IMG/VR virus record: IMGVR_UViG_3300009124_000002
Span: 55,004 to 119,003 of that record
Length of the DNA: 64,000 nt
Strand: one strand, 5' to 3'
DNA from: a virus
Part shown: in pieces, positions 17,646-27,033 of the stretch
Position numbering within the stretch: position 1 is the stretch's first letter
Layout: every line of letters begins with the position of its first letter
Notes under the pieces: generated by a model
Told to the model about the DNA's origin: nothing
The model's database searches: none
What the model saw: only the letters and a program-made list of their open reading frames with translations
Program-made: the position numbers and the translations under genes

Positions 17646-19028
17646 TCATTCTTTGAGATTTGAGAAGTCGCCTGAGTTAGATTTGAATGGAGTGTGAGTC
17701 ACTGGAGAGGCACTTGTGTCTGAAACTATTCCAGAGCTTGCGTCCTCAAGGTCAAACAGCCTCATATGAGAACGATCCACGCCAACACAAAACCTTTGAT
17801 TTCTCTGTGGGTCGTTGTATCGATTCTTTAGCTGCTTGATCATAAGCTGCCCCTTAGAGGCAAGTTGATCGTTACTGATTGCAGCAATCATGAAGTCAGC
17901 AGTCGCAGGAAGACCAAATGATTCACTGGTATCTGTCAGGTCAACATCTGAACTTTTGAAACCCTCACGGGTAACCTGAGTAGCAGACCAGACAGGGACA
18001 TTAAACTCCACGGCAAGACCACGTATCTCCTCTGCAATTGCCTTGACAAAGGAGTAGGTGTTGATGGAACCACCAAGACCACGAACACGACTGGAGGCAC
18101 ATATGTTCAGGTAGTCAATGAAGATGATATCAGGAGCAAAGTTCTTCTTCATCTTCAACTCATTCAGTAGTGCTCGAAAGTGTGCAACATGAGCAGACCC
18201 TGTAGGATACTCCTTGATGACTAGCTTACCCTGAGTCTTCTGGCGAATGGAATCAATCTTGGAATCAAATATCGGCTTCGTGACATTCTCAAGGTCATCC
18301 AGAGATATGTCAAAGAGATTCGCATCAATGCGTTCAGCAATCTTTTCCTCTGCCATCTCCATTGTGATATAGAGAACATTCTTACCCTGCTGAAGAGCAG
18401 CACCAGCAAAGTGACACATCATCAGACTCTTACCAACACCAGTGCCAGCAAGGATGATATTCAGTGTCTTTCTTGGTAGACCACCCTTGGTGATGGTATT
18501 GAACATCTCAAGGTCAAAGGACTGCTTCTCCTCAACACGATGATATGCTTCATAACGGTCAGTGGCATTCTCAATGTAGTCATGACCAACATTGGTATCA
18601 AAGGTCACTGCAAGTGCTTTACTCAGGATATCTGGAATCGCTCCTTCTGCTTTGTCTTTGGTCTTACCATCAATAATTTGAATCGACTCCATGATTGCCA
18701 GATATACAGCACGGTCCTTGCACCACTTCTCAGTAGAGTCAAGCAGCCAGTCTTCATTGACATCATCTTCTTGCTTTGAGAGCGACTGTATAGCATCGAC
18801 AACTTCCTCGACGTTTGCCTTACTGAAGTCTGACTGCTCATACTCGATCTGGATGGCAGATGAGTTTGGAAGCTTGTTGTATTTTGTAATGAAGCGAAGA
18901 ATCAACTCATAGACAGTGCGAGAAGACCCTTCAAAGTATTCTGGTTTGATATGGGGAATCGCCTTGCGACAGAACGATTCGTTTTGGATTAGGTTTCTAA
19001 GAATTAGGGGTGTTAGGTTGCTGCTCAT
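17646..19028 (-). CDS. gp41: Replicative DNA helicase (T4 gp41-like)
   Basis: AGTGVGKS Walker A, YITMEMAEE, IKEYPTG, FIDYLNI, SESFGLPATAD, KQLKNRY. Confidence 0.95.
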   Translation of the reverse strand: MSSNLTPLILRNLIQNESFCRKAIPHIKPEYFEGSSRTVYELILRFITKYNKLPNSSAIQIEYEQSDFSKANVEEVVDAIQSLSKQEDDVNEDWLLDSTEKWCKDRAVYLAIMESIQIIDGKTKDKAEGAIPDILSKALAVTFDTNVGHDYIENATDRYEAYHRVEEKQSFDLEMFNTITKGGLPRKTLNIILAGTGVGKSLMMCHFAGAALQQGKNVLYITMEMAEEKIAERIDANLFDISLDDLENVTKPIFDSKIDSIRQKTQGKLVIKEYPTGSAHVAHFRALLNELKMKKNFAPDIIFIDYLNICASSRVRGLGGSINTYSFVKAIAEEIRGLAVEFNVPVWSATQVTREGFKSSDVDLTDTSESFGLPATADFMIAAISNDQLASKGQLMIKQLKNRYNDPQRNQRFCVGVDRSHMRLFDLEDASSGIVSDTSASPVTHTPFKSNSGDFSNLKE

Positions 19029-19296
19029 TCTCTACTTGTTCTTCCAAGATGTTGATTAGAATCTTTCCAATTGTGTCCTGCAATTCTAACATATTCTCTG
19101 CCTCTTGACAAGCCTTTCCTTTGGGTGGCGTGGTAACTTCAAAGTCAAATGTGAGCTTACACTTGTCTTCGTCATCGTCTTCATTAAAGGTGATCTTTCC
19201 AAATGCAAATTCAACATTCTTGAATTCACCTTCAGTGATTTGAATAATGGCAAGACCATTATCTGTGTTCTTTTCTGTGAGTTCGTAGTTTTTCAT
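18997..19296 (-). CDS. Hypothetical protein, possibly gp40-like head vertex assembly chaperone
   Basis: Position immediately upstream of gp41; beta-rich acidic sequence ending IGKILINILE. Confidence 0.45.
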   Translation of the reverse strand: MKNYELTEKNTDNGLAIIQITEGEFKNVEFAFGKITFNEDDDEDKCKLTFDFEVTTPPKGKACQEAENMLELQDTIGKILINILEEQVENEQQPNTPNS

Positions 19297-19563
19297 TTAA
19301 TCATTCAGTAATACAACAGTTCCATCTTCAAGATGCTTGTGTGCCTTCTTGATTGTAGGGGCAAGTAAAGGATGTTCGCTCATCGAAGAGTGAAGAGCAT
19401 GAACACAATAAGGACAATCTGAGGAATACACCTTGTCAAGCTCCTTACGCATGATTGTTACCTCCTGTTTGATTTCAAGAGTATTTGAGAGAATCCAGCC
19501 AGCAGTTGCAAGCAAAAGCGTTCCAGCAAGACCAACAATTGTTTTAGATGTTTTATCGTTCAT
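19297..19563 (-). CDS. Hypothetical membrane-anchored protein
   Basis: N-terminal hydrophobic helix, CPYC..H motif. Confidence 0.5.
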   Translation of the reverse strand: MNDKTSKTIVGLAGTLLLATAGWILSNTLEIKQEVTIMRKELDKVYSSDCPYCVHALHSSMSEHPLLAPTIKKAHKHLEDGTVVLLND

Positions 19564-20138
19564 ATTTCATAAACTTCGTTTATATCTATTCCGCGATATT
19601 TTATGCCATTTAGTTCGCTTGTTATAGATTTATGATGATGCCCAGCTACTACAATTTTGGGCTTTCTTACTTCTAACATAGCTTGTAAGAGGTTTCTGGT
19701 AGCAGAATTGTCGTATATTTTATACACATATTCAGCAAAACTTTGAGGTATATCGTGCGCGACTAATATGTTTTTATCGCTTCTCTCCCAAGCTTCAAGG
19801 CATTGTTTCATTTGGTTACAGTTAAGTTCTTCATCTTCCCACCAATTGACTTCAGGAGTTCTCCAATCCTTGTCTATGCTATCTGCTCCGCTAACAAAAA
19901 ATATATCGTCAAATTCTCCGAAATCTCCCATATACCCTTTAATCATGGGAGCTTCGCGCCTTTTGTCGTGGTTCCCGCAGAAAAAATATAGATTATCAGG
20001 GAAGTTTTCGTTTAACTCGTCAGAAGAAATGAATCCTACTCCGAAATCCCCCACTTGGATAACCTTATCTTTCGGGTAACGTGCGGCGATAGATTTGGCG
20101 AAATGGTGGTCGCCGTGTATGTCTCCTAAAAAAATCAT
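19560..20138 (-). CDS. Calcineurin-like metallophosphoesterase
   Basis: GDIHG, VGDFG, GNHD, AHD, GHHH; start moved to MIFLGDIHG. Confidence 0.88.
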   Translation of the reverse strand: MIFLGDIHGDHHFAKSIAARYPKDKVIQVGDFGVGFISSDELNENFPDNLYFFCGNHDKRREAPMIKGYMGDFGEFDDIFFVSGADSIDKDWRTPEVNWWEDEELNCNQMKQCLEAWERSDKNILVAHDIPQSFAEYVYKIYDNSATRNLLQAMLEVRKPKIVVAGHHHKSITSELNGIKYRGIDINEVYEI

Positions 20139-20145
20139 TCTTAAT

Positions 20146-20838
20146 TCATAGTCCAAAAGCAGTAATGGTATGTTCAAATGGATTGCCTTCAATATTCTTC
20201 ACCAAGTCAAGCATCATCTGAGCAATCTCACGAATCTCTTTCTGAGCTTCCGGTTTGTTTCGCAATCCCTGAAAGTGATAGAATGATCTCCAGTTGAACA
20301 TCACATCTGACGTAATCCTGCTATTGTAGGTCTTGAAGAATCGAGCAGATTCCTTGGCACGTTTGCGACCCAGAACAGGTTCAAGATCAGCAACACATTG
20401 GTGATAAAGGTCATTTCCTTTTCTGGTATATTGTTCTAAAACCTCAGTCCAGTATTCTGTTGGAAACGGAAACTCATTTCCGTTAATATCCCTTGGCACA
20501 ATGGGCGGGGGAGATTTCTTAATACCAGCCCAATCATCAGGCACAATATACTTGTCTTCTTTCAGTTCCTTGTATCGAGCAGATTCAGCATTTAATGACA
20601 CTCCGATACGATGTTTAAGAAGGTGAATATGACTAGCAATATCGCAATCGACCAGAAAGTGCAGAGAAGACTTCTCGAAAGGTGTGTGGTGACCCTCTTT
20701 AGCGAGGAAGCTGAGTAGTTGCGGTATTCTGTTTCGTTTCTCATCTGTAATCTCTCGACTGGTGGAAGTCCATGCGCTACAGGCATGAACCTCATCATCA
20801 CCGTAGTATCCGATAAGTTCTACTGTATTATTGTTCAT
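20146..20838 (-). CDS. thyX: FAD-dependent thymidylate synthase
   Basis: GHHTPFE, HLLKHRIGVSLNAESARY (ThyX motif), ESARFF, NWRSF, AQKEIR. Confidence 0.92.
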   Translation of the reverse strand: MNNNTVELIGYYGDDEVHACSAWTSTSREITDEKRNRIPQLLSFLAKEGHHTPFEKSSLHFLVDCDIASHIHLLKHRIGVSLNAESARYKELKEDKYIVPDDWAGIKKSPPPIVPRDINGNEFPFPTEYWTEVLEQYTRKGNDLYHQCVADLEPVLGRKRAKESARFFKTYNSRITSDVMFNWRSFYHFQGLRNKPEAQKEIREIAQMMLDLVKNIEGNPFEHTITAFGL

Positions 20839-21074
20839 TAAACTTCTTCCAATGGGCAATGTTCACTTACTACTTCAATTTCTGCGTAATCAAAAAGCTC
20901 GTATCCGTGCAGCTTGAACACGGCGTCTTCAAAAACAACTTTGCCTTCAAGGTCGTAATATTCGTGATTTGCGAGAATCATTCTCGCCGTGATAGTGTCG
21001 CCCTCATAGATGTCAACACCATTCTTGTCCTTGAGTCCAGCGGGGGTGCGTAGATCGCGCTCTTGTTCTTTCAT
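20838..21074 (-). CDS. YopX-family protein (short)
   Basis: GLKDKNGVDIYEGD. Confidence 0.65.
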   Translation of the reverse strand: MKEQERDLRTPAGLKDKNGVDIYEGDTITARMILANHEYYDLEGKVVFEDAVFKLHGYELFDYAEIEVVSEHCPLEEV

Positions 21075-21083
21075 TGTCCAACA

Positions 21084-21112
21084 ATTATACCGGACTTCCA
21101 ATCCAGTGTCAA
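21084..21112 (-). promoter_or_regulatory. Consensus sigma70 promoter upstream of yopX-thyX
   Basis: TTGACA-N17-TATAAT, perfect consensus. Confidence 0.85.
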
Positions 21113-21121
21113 CCGTTCATC

Positions 21122-21622
21122 TCATTTGAAAATCCTGCGAATGTTCTCGTCGTCAATGTCAAATCCCTTTTTCAAGTATCTAGTCATTCTTCTTGCTTGA
21201 ATGATATTTCGATTCACAGTCTCTGGCATTCCTGCAAACCACTTTTCACTTCCACCAGTATAGACCAATTTCTTAGCATGAAGATGTGTGAAAAAATCGG
21301 GATGATGGCAACATTCTCCAAGGTTGTCTTTGGCAATACTACACACAGTATAATCGAAACACTCAATAGTTTCTTGTGGCGTTGCGCCCATGTGAAGCAA
21401 GTCATAAACCTTTCCTTCAAATTCAATTGAGTCACCAAGTCTTAGTTTCTTGACATGAGTGCCGCCTTTACTCAGCAATGTCTCTACTGCTCTTTCTCTT
21501 TCAGATTCAGTAGCAAAGAAGACATCAATGTCCTTTGGTGTTGTGTTTAAAAGCTCTGCAAGAACAGCACCACCAGCAACCCAACAGTGAGAATCAAAAT
21601 GGCTTAGGAAACTCTGAATCAT
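21122..21622 (-). CDS. Pol-beta-superfamily nucleotidyltransferase (CCA/poly(A) polymerase head-like)
   Basis: WVAGGAV...PKDIDVFF, FDYTVCSIA, R..RY.KKGF. Confidence 0.75.
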   Translation of the reverse strand: MIQSFLSHFDSHCWVAGGAVLAELLNTTPKDIDVFFATESERERAVETLLSKGGTHVKKLRLGDSIEFEGKVYDLLHMGATPQETIECFDYTVCSIAKDNLGECCHHPDFFTHLHAKKLVYTGGSEKWFAGMPETVNRNIIQARRMTRYLKKGFDIDDENIRRIFK

Positions 21623-22047
21623 TTTCCAGAAGAACCAAATCCACCCATACCACGATGAGTAGGATTGAAAAAATCATCAACTACTTCAAGTTCAAATGGA
21701 TCAACTCGCTCAAAGATGATTTGAGCAATACGATCCCCTTTCTTGAATTCAAATGGATCTTCACTGGTATTCAACAGAACAACCCCAATTTCATTGCGAT
21801 ATCCAGAATCAACTACACCAGCAAGAACATCAATACCATTCTTAACTGCAAGCCCAGAACGTGGGGCAATACGACCATAGTAACCGCGAGGAATTGCCAT
21901 TGCGATTCCCGTCTTTACAATGGTTCGAAATCCAGAAAAGACCTTGCCATCTTCATTAGCATAAATGTCCCATCCAGCATCATCTTCATGTGCCTTCGTT
22001 GGTACGAGTGCGTCGTCAGACAATTTTTTTATAGATACAATATTCAT
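21619..22047 (-). CDS. dut: Trimeric dUTPase
   Basis: AGWDI, RIAPRSGLA, GVVDSGYRNE, DRIAQ, RGMGGFGSSG. Confidence 0.95.
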   Translation of the reverse strand: MNIVSIKKLSDDALVPTKAHEDDAGWDIYANEDGKVFSGFRTIVKTGIAMAIPRGYYGRIAPRSGLAVKNGIDVLAGVVDSGYRNEIGVVLLNTSEDPFEFKKGDRIAQIIFERVDPFELEVVDDFFNPTHRGMGGFGSSGK

Positions 22048-22048
22048 T

Positions 22049-22201
22049 CTATCTGTTCAATAAAGCATTGAGTTGTTTCACGTCTTCAATTACTTCTTCA
22101 AGGAAGAAGTTAAAGGTCTTATTCTCCTGAAGGTAGACTCGCTCCTTCTGAAGTTTGTTCTCCAAGTCCTTTGCTCTTTTTTGTATCTCTTGAATTTTCA
22201 T
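22049..22201 (-). CDS. Small hypothetical coiled-coil protein (50 aa)
   Basis: Hand-translated MKIQEIQKRAKDLENKLQKE...; fills the gap before dut. Confidence 0.45.
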   Translation of the reverse strand: MKIQEIQKRAKDLENKLQKERVYLQENKTFNFFLEEVIEDVKQLNALLNR

Positions 22202-22298
22202 GGTTCTTATTCCCAAATATTGTATCATAGTTATCTCGAAACTTCTGACTGAAACAGTTTCGTGGAGAATCGCCCTTGCCGTTTGTTGACTTGCTCAT
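22119..22298 (-). CDS. Small conserved phage peptide (59 aa)
   Basis: Hand-translated MSKSTNGKGDSPRNCFSQKFRDNYDTIFG; the GKGxxPR...NYDxIF pattern is typical of T4-like phage micro-ORFs. Confidence 0.55.
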   Translation of the reverse strand: MSKSTNGKGDSPRNCFSQKFRDNYDTIFGNKNHENSRDTKKSKGLGEQTSEGASLPSGE

Positions 22299-22303
22299 TT
22301 ATT

Positions 22304-23335
22304 TCAATCTTCAAGCATTGGTGAATGTGCAACAGTGAATTTCTGACGAATCACTTCGGCAAAGTCTGTATTATCTATAATGGGCTTCCAGAAGTCTCCC
22401 TTCATGGTATCTGCTGCTCGACAATTGCTGGCAGCAAGTTCCTTCTTGGTTGCAGGATCGATGGGCATATACCAACCATTCTTTGGCTTGATAACATGAC
22501 CAGTCTGTAGTGCAACATCCAGAAGACCAGACCACTTTTCAATTCCACCTTCCCAAGAAACTGAAATTGGAATCTTGGACTTCTCACGAACAAAGCGAGA
22601 CTTCTCGACATTGATTACAAAGTGATAACCCTGAATCTCAGTTCCAACCTTATCCTGCTGGCGACCAATGATCCAGATGTTATCAGCGGAGTAGTATGCA
22701 CCGGTTCCACCAGATACGATGTCCTTGGGGAACATACCCTGTTCCTTGTAGGTATGATTGATCGTCAGAAGAGGAATGTCCTTCATTGCCAAGTGAGGAG
22801 TCAGCATACGAAAGAGAGACTTCAATGCCTTGGCGCGGGTCATGTCAGCAACACTCTTTTCATTCAGGGCATCCTCAACCTCTTTCTTAGAAGCGACATT
22901 ACCAATAGAGTCAATGACAATGACAACCTTCTCATCACGCTTGAGTTCATTCAACTGATGAATCAAGTCGAACTTCAGAACCTCAATGTCAGTGACAGGA
23001 GTATGAAGAACACGATCCGTATCGATACCAAAGGATTCAAAGTATGATTGTGGCGAACCAAATTCACTATCATAGAACAGCAATGCTGCATCATCATACT
23101 TCTTGAGATATGCAGATGCCATTAGCAGTGCAAAGGATGTCTTGAAGTGTTTGCTTGGTCCTGCCAGCATTGTGTGACCGGGAGCAAGACCACCATCAAG
23201 TGAACCAGACAATGCCACATTGAGCATTGGAACTGAGGTTGGAATCATGTCCTTCTTGGTGAAGAACTTTGAGTCAGTGAGAACAGAGACGTTCTCAACC
23301 TTACTTGATTTTTTGAGTCTATCGATTAGTGACAT
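22304..23335 (-). CDS. uvsX: RecA-like recombinase
   Basis: LNVALSG, AGPSKHFKT, FYDSEFG, DSIGN, ADMTRAK, VSGGTG. Confidence 0.95.
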   Translation of the reverse strand: MSLIDRLKKSSKVENVSVLTDSKFFTKKDMIPTSVPMLNVALSGSLDGGLAPGHTMLAGPSKHFKTSFALLMASAYLKKYDDAALLFYDSEFGSPQSYFESFGIDTDRVLHTPVTDIEVLKFDLIHQLNELKRDEKVVIVIDSIGNVASKKEVEDALNEKSVADMTRAKALKSLFRMLTPHLAMKDIPLLTINHTYKEQGMFPKDIVSGGTGAYYSADNIWIIGRQQDKVGTEIQGYHFVINVEKSRFVREKSKIPISVSWEGGIEKWSGLLDVALQTGHVIKPKNGWYMPIDPATKKELAASNCRAADTMKGDFWKPIIDNTDFAEVIRQKFTVAHSPMLED

Positions 23336-23338
23336 AGT

Positions 23339-23791
23339 TTAGATATTGATTTTACGGTATTCTACTTTTGCTTCTTTGAAGAATTCTGCTGCTCTCATTG
23401 TGGATGACATCCATTGTGGGGAAGCTTCCATTGTATTTACAATGACTCTCTTGATGCCTACCTGAATAACAGTCTTGGCGCATTCATGACAAACGGGAAG
23501 ACCATACACATAAAGAGTGGTGCCGTTCAGACACTTTCCTTTCCTTGCAGCAGTGCAGATTGCATTCACCTCTGCATGAACAGTGTAATTGTATTTCACG
23601 ACACGGTTTTCAAATCTTTCACCTGTATCTTGAAATCCACGGGGAAAGCCATTATATCCCATAGAGACAACATCATGACTTGGACCTTCTTCAGCAATCA
23701 CTGCACCAATCTTGGTTGTATCTTTAGACCAAGATGAGATGTGTTTTGCGAGCTCAAGGAACTTACGGTTCCACTTTTGCTCAGAGGTCAT
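23339..23791 (-). CDS. cd: dCMP deaminase
   Basis: SWSKD, MGYNGFPRG, VHAEVNA, PVCHECAK; start moved to MTSEQKW. Confidence 0.92.
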   Translation of the reverse strand: MTSEQKWNRKFLELAKHISSWSKDTTKIGAVIAEEGPSHDVVSMGYNGFPRGFQDTGERFENRVVKYNYTVHAEVNAICTAARKGKCLNGTTLYVYGLPVCHECAKTVIQVGIKRVIVNTMEASPQWMSSTMRAAEFFKEAKVEYRKINI

Positions 23792-23954
23792 TGGTTTTGT
23801 TTCGTTGTTCTTCACAAGCTTCGGCAATATATTCACAGTATTCTTGGAGGGTTTTGAGGTTAATGGACGAGACGGTAGAAAGACCATATTTGTCAATCAT
23901 TTGTTTTAATTCATTTGCCTTGACCATAATCTTGTGATGTGATGTTTCTTCCAT
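23781..23954 (-). CDS. Small hypothetical protein (57 aa)
   Basis: Hand-translated MEETSHHKIMVKANELKQ...; ATG 7 nt after a TATAAT. Confidence 0.4.
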   Translation of the reverse strand: MEETSHHKIMVKANELKQMIDKYGLSTVSSINLKTLQEYCEYIAEACEEQRNKTNDL

Positions 23955-23969
23955 TTCAATTATTATACA

Positions 23970-24521
23970 CTATTTTGAGGGAGAAGTAAACCACTTAGGT
24001 GTAGGGCGTTTTGTCCAGACCATCTTGAATCTCTTCTGTTTGGTCTTGTAGAAAGAACGATAGGAATTGATTGGATCTGGTCCCATGCATTCTGGATTTG
24101 AACTCATTGCCAAGCGGAATGGAGTCATTCCTGCAATTGGAATTGAATTTGGGCAATCTGCAAGGGCATCGATAAGCTTGGTCTCAGTGACATGAGTCTT
24201 TCCGTATCGATGAGTGTACTCCTCACACAAAGCGACAAAGAGTTCAAAATGCCAATAGTAATTGTCACTGCTTTCTCTTGTCCAAATAGCGCATGGGTGA
24301 TTGTAAGAGACGCACTGATACATTTGATTCTCACGGGCATCAGGCAGAACCCATGTGCGATGTTTGCGACCATTGCGAACCTGAATCTGCTCAGTGCCAT
24401 CCAGCATACGATGAGCAGTAGATAGCATCTGAGCAGATTCTAGGATCATCTTGACAACGTGCTTGTCACAGTGTTCACGGGCAGCAATCTCAGGGTTTTC
24501 ATTCAAGACAAAGATGTTCAT
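23970..24521 (-). CDS. Pyrimidine-dimer DNA glycosylase / DenV-related family protein
   Basis: MNIFVL, HCDKHVVKMILESAQMLS, NHPCAIW, EYTHRYGKTH. Confidence 0.75.
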   Translation of the reverse strand: MNIFVLNENPEIAAREHCDKHVVKMILESAQMLSTAHRMLDGTEQIQVRNGRKHRTWVLPDARENQMYQCVSYNHPCAIWTRESSDNYYWHFELFVALCEEYTHRYGKTHVTETKLIDALADCPNSIPIAGMTPFRLAMSSNPECMGPDPINSYRSFYKTKQKRFKMVWTKRPTPKWFTSPSK

Positions 24522-24531
24522 AATAAAAGAG

Positions 24532-24560
24532 ATTATACACTATTGTCAGTCATCAGTCAA
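24532..24560 (-). promoter_or_regulatory. Sigma70-type promoter
   Basis: TTGACT-N17-TATAAT. Confidence 0.75.
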
Positions 24561-24665
24561 TGGTTGATTTCAAACTTACCCCAGACTTGATTCCAGACCT
24601 GATTTTTGGGTGTCCCTTTTTCCTTGAAAGGAAACGGAAGATCTGGTTTACGCCTGTTTCTCATC

Positions 24666-25187
24666 TTAGTAATTTTTGGTTGCTTCTATGATTTCCTCAA
24701 AGTCAATTGGCGTTTGATTTATTTGCTCGACGCTCACATTAAAATAGCGCAAGTCTGGTTTGCCATCAAGCAAAACTTTTCGTGCGTGAATGTGACCGTG
24801 AATGTTGGCTTTGCACCAATCCGCAATAGATTCTGGATGGACCGGAATGTGTGTTAAGATAAACTTAAATAGCTTATGACTTCCGCGAATATCTTTAAAG
24901 TGTTTTAAATAGTCTTTGGCTTTGAAGATGTCATGGTTTCCTTTGATTAGAATTTTACGACCGTTTAATCTATCAAGAATATCAAGTCCTTTTCTGCCAA
25001 TTGCGACATCGCCAAGGTGATAAACTTTATCGTCTTTTCCAACAACACGATTCCAGTTATCGGTCATTATTTGGTCACCTTCCTCTGAATTTGAAGCCCA
25101 AGGACGCATCAACTCACCAGATTCTGTGGCAAATCTGTAGCAGTTATTGTGACAGAAATGAGTATCTGAAATGAGGAATGTTTTCAA
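24666..25187 (-). CDS. Calcineurin-like metallophosphoesterase
   Basis: ISDTHFCH, YHLGD, KGNHD, THIP, HGHIH. Confidence 0.88.
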   Translation of the reverse strand: MKTFLISDTHFCHNNCYRFATESGELMRPWASNSEEGDQIMTDNWNRVVGKDDKVYHLGDVAIGRKGLDILDRLNGRKILIKGNHDIFKAKDYLKHFKDIRGSHKLFKFILTHIPVHPESIADWCKANIHGHIHARKVLLDGKPDLRYFNVSVEQINQTPIDFEEIIEATKNY

Positions 25188-25190
25188 AAC

Positions 25191-25463
25191 TCACAGTTCC
25201 TCACTTATGTATTTTAATGCCAGTTCTTTGGAACCGCAAACGTATCGATCCTCGTAACCACCCTTCATTGTCCGAAACAGAATCCAGTTGGGGCTATAGA
25301 CACGAACCTCACCATCCAGAGTTCTAGCACGACAGAAGGTTGCGTATCGGTATTTCTTGTCTTGACTGAGACCAGTATTAATTCCATAAACTTGATCAAG
25401 GTCTGCTTCTTGCAGTGCCTCGATCAAGTCTTCTAGGATTTCTTCACGCTTGCTCATTGACAA
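25191..25463 (-). CDS. Hypothetical protein
   Basis: Tightly packed early-region ORF. Confidence 0.55.
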   Translation of the reverse strand: MSMSKREEILEDLIEALQEADLDQVYGINTGLSQDKKYRYATFCRARTLDGEVRVYSPNWILFRTMKGGYEDRYVCGSKELALKYISEEL

Positions 25464-25725
25464 ACTCTTTCAAGAATTCAATTTCCTTCTCAACATCCTC
25501 TTCGGTAAGGTAACCATTCACCTTACTGCCCCACTCAGGAACTTCTTCAAGGTCACCAGAGGGACCATAGAAACCAATCTCGTAGTGACCCTCCCTGCCC
25601 CCATAAGACCAATCATGACGAATCACAGAGGCTTTACAGCCATTACCCAAATCGACAATGGCTTGAATGGCATCCAGACCAAATGCCGAACCCATCTTTT
25701 CAAATTGCAATTCATTGAATTTCAT
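25444..25725 (-). CDS. Hypothetical protein
   Basis: ASVIRHDWSYGGREGHYEIG, GYLTEEDV; start moved to MKFNELQF. Confidence 0.6.
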   Translation of the reverse strand: MKFNELQFEKMGSAFGLDAIQAIVDLGNGCKASVIRHDWSYGGREGHYEIGFYGPSGDLEEVPEWGSKVNGYLTEEDVEKEIEFLKEFVNEQA

Positions 25726-25726
25726 T

Positions 25727-25957
25727 TTATCGCTTGTTCTTGTTTTTCTCATACCAATATTTTCCTGAATCCCGGAGCATTTCATTGCTGTTTCGGATAT
25801 GCTCTAGTTCTGCCTTGATCGTCTCATAGAGCGATTCCGCAAACCGTAGTTTGTTCTCTTCAGCGAGATCTTTAAGTTCATCAACCATGTGAATGACATG
25901 GTCGATGTAGGGACACGTATTTGCCGGGATGGGCGGGGATTCATCTTTTTTGTTCAT
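25727..25957 (-). CDS. Hypothetical protein
   Basis: PANTCPYID...LEHIRNSNEMLRD..KYW. Confidence 0.6.
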   Translation of the reverse strand: MNKKDESPPIPANTCPYIDHVIHMVDELKDLAEENKLRFAESLYETIKAELEHIRNSNEMLRDSGKYWYEKNKNKR

Positions 25958-26157
25958 GAATTATCTATGTTCTCAAGCACATCCTCCAAGAAGTCAACTT
26001 CAGACTTCTTTTGAATCAGTTTTTCTCGCACTTCACTGGCAAGCCATTTCTTGTCGTGCATTCGACGTTTGAACTGCTCCCAACCCACGCACTGTTCCCC
26101 AGCAACAACTAGTTGAAAGAGTTTCATTCTATCTTCAGGTTTCATTTCGTTTTTCAT
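25954..26157 (-). CDS. Hypothetical protein
   Basis: Packed ORF; start moved to MKNEMKP. Confidence 0.5.
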   Translation of the reverse strand: MKNEMKPEDRMKLFQLVVAGEQCVGWEQFKRRMHDKKWLASEVREKLIQKKSEVDFLEDVLENIDNS

Positions 26158-26158
26158 A

Positions 26159-26332
26159 TCAATCCTCCACTTCCAATTCAACAACATACCAATTATCGCA
26201 GTAACGCAGGTTTTCCTTATACTTTCCATTAGCAGCTTCGTTAGCCTTATCTTCCGAAGAAAACAAAGAAACCAAAGAAACCAACTCAGTGCCTGAGTAG
26301 TTATACTCTTTGAACAATCCGTAAACTTTCAT
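26159..26332 (-). CDS. Small hypothetical protein
   Basis: MKVYGL...LFSSEDKANE...YVVELEVE, a common phage micro-protein pattern. Confidence 0.55.
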   Translation of the reverse strand: MKVYGLFKEYNYSGTELVSLVSLFSSEDKANEAANGKYKENLRYCDNWYVVELEVED

Positions 26333-26370
26333 AATTTTGATACTATTAGATTTTTTGTTGTATGTCAAGT

Positions 26371-26592
26371 TTATTGCCCACTCATGACAAATGTGGACTT
26401 GTCGAGGCGAGCGACATACCTCTGACCAACACCACCTTGAGCAACACCATCACGCCTCCAAGGGATGATGGTCACAAAGGCAGAGTTCCCCTCAATCTCA
26501 TCAACGCGAACAATCGCGCCAAAGTTCTCAATGATGTCACCAACCTTGATGTTGGTCTTGTAGTTGGGTTTGAGTTTCATATCGGTATTCAT
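26371..26592 (-). CDS. Small SH3/KOW-like hypothetical protein
   Basis: IKVGDII...VRVDEI. Confidence 0.5.
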   Translation of the reverse strand: MNTDMKLKPNYKTNIKVGDIIENFGAIVRVDEIEGNSAFVTIIPWRRDGVAQGGVGQRYVARLDKSTFVMSGQ

Positions 26593-26607
26593 AATTCAAT
26601 TCATTTC

Positions 26608-26934
26608 TTAGCTGATACCAGACCAACGAACCCTGCTGAAGTCACCAGTGAAGATGTTCCCGCGAGAGAAATTAGTGGCGGGAGCCTTCCATGAAGCTGC
26701 CTTGAGAATGTCGCCCTTGGCAAATCCCTTCTTGGGGTTGTCCTTCTTGGCAACAAACCCAACCACGCTCCTCTGATTCCCAGAGTCAACGAAAACCTTG
26801 TCGTAGTTGCGACCAGAATCGTCAAGGTGAAAGGTGTATCCAAGGCGAATTCCAGAAGGGCGATTGGCATCCTGCTTGCCCCAATCGTTTCGAATGTGGG
26901 AGAGGAGGTTGTTCAGTGCTTTTTCGTAGCTCAT
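26608..26934 (-). CDS. Conserved early phage protein
   Basis: GRNYDKV, SVVGFV, KGDILKAASWKAPA.N..RGNI; first gene after the early promoter; the track TTG start lies in the -35 box. Confidence 0.7.
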   Translation of the reverse strand: MSYEKALNNLLSHIRNDWGKQDANRPSGIRLGYTFHLDDSGRNYDKVFVDSGNQRSVVGFVAKKDNPKKGFAKGDILKAASWKAPATNFSRGNIFTGDFSRVRWSGIS

Positions 26935-26959
26935 AGCGTTCTTTCTCATTACGAGAAAG

Positions 26960-27024
26960 ATTCTGCCTGAAGATCGCGGATCCGACAACCCCTAAAAGCA
27001 CTTTTTTTCACTTTTTTCGTAAGC
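26960..27024 (-). promoter_or_regulatory. Early promoter P1 with A-tract UP element
   Basis: AAAAAAGTGAAAAAAAGTGC...TTGTCG-N17-CAGAAT-CTTTCTCG; near-identical architecture at 40173 and 42393. Confidence 0.8.
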
Positions 27025-27033
27025 TCCGCAGTA

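Noticed and set aside
26935-26988. N-terminal extensions in the ORF track (26988, 42424, 40160, 21101, 32264)
   Set aside because: These alternative starts fall inside or immediately next to promoter elements; downstream starts fit better.
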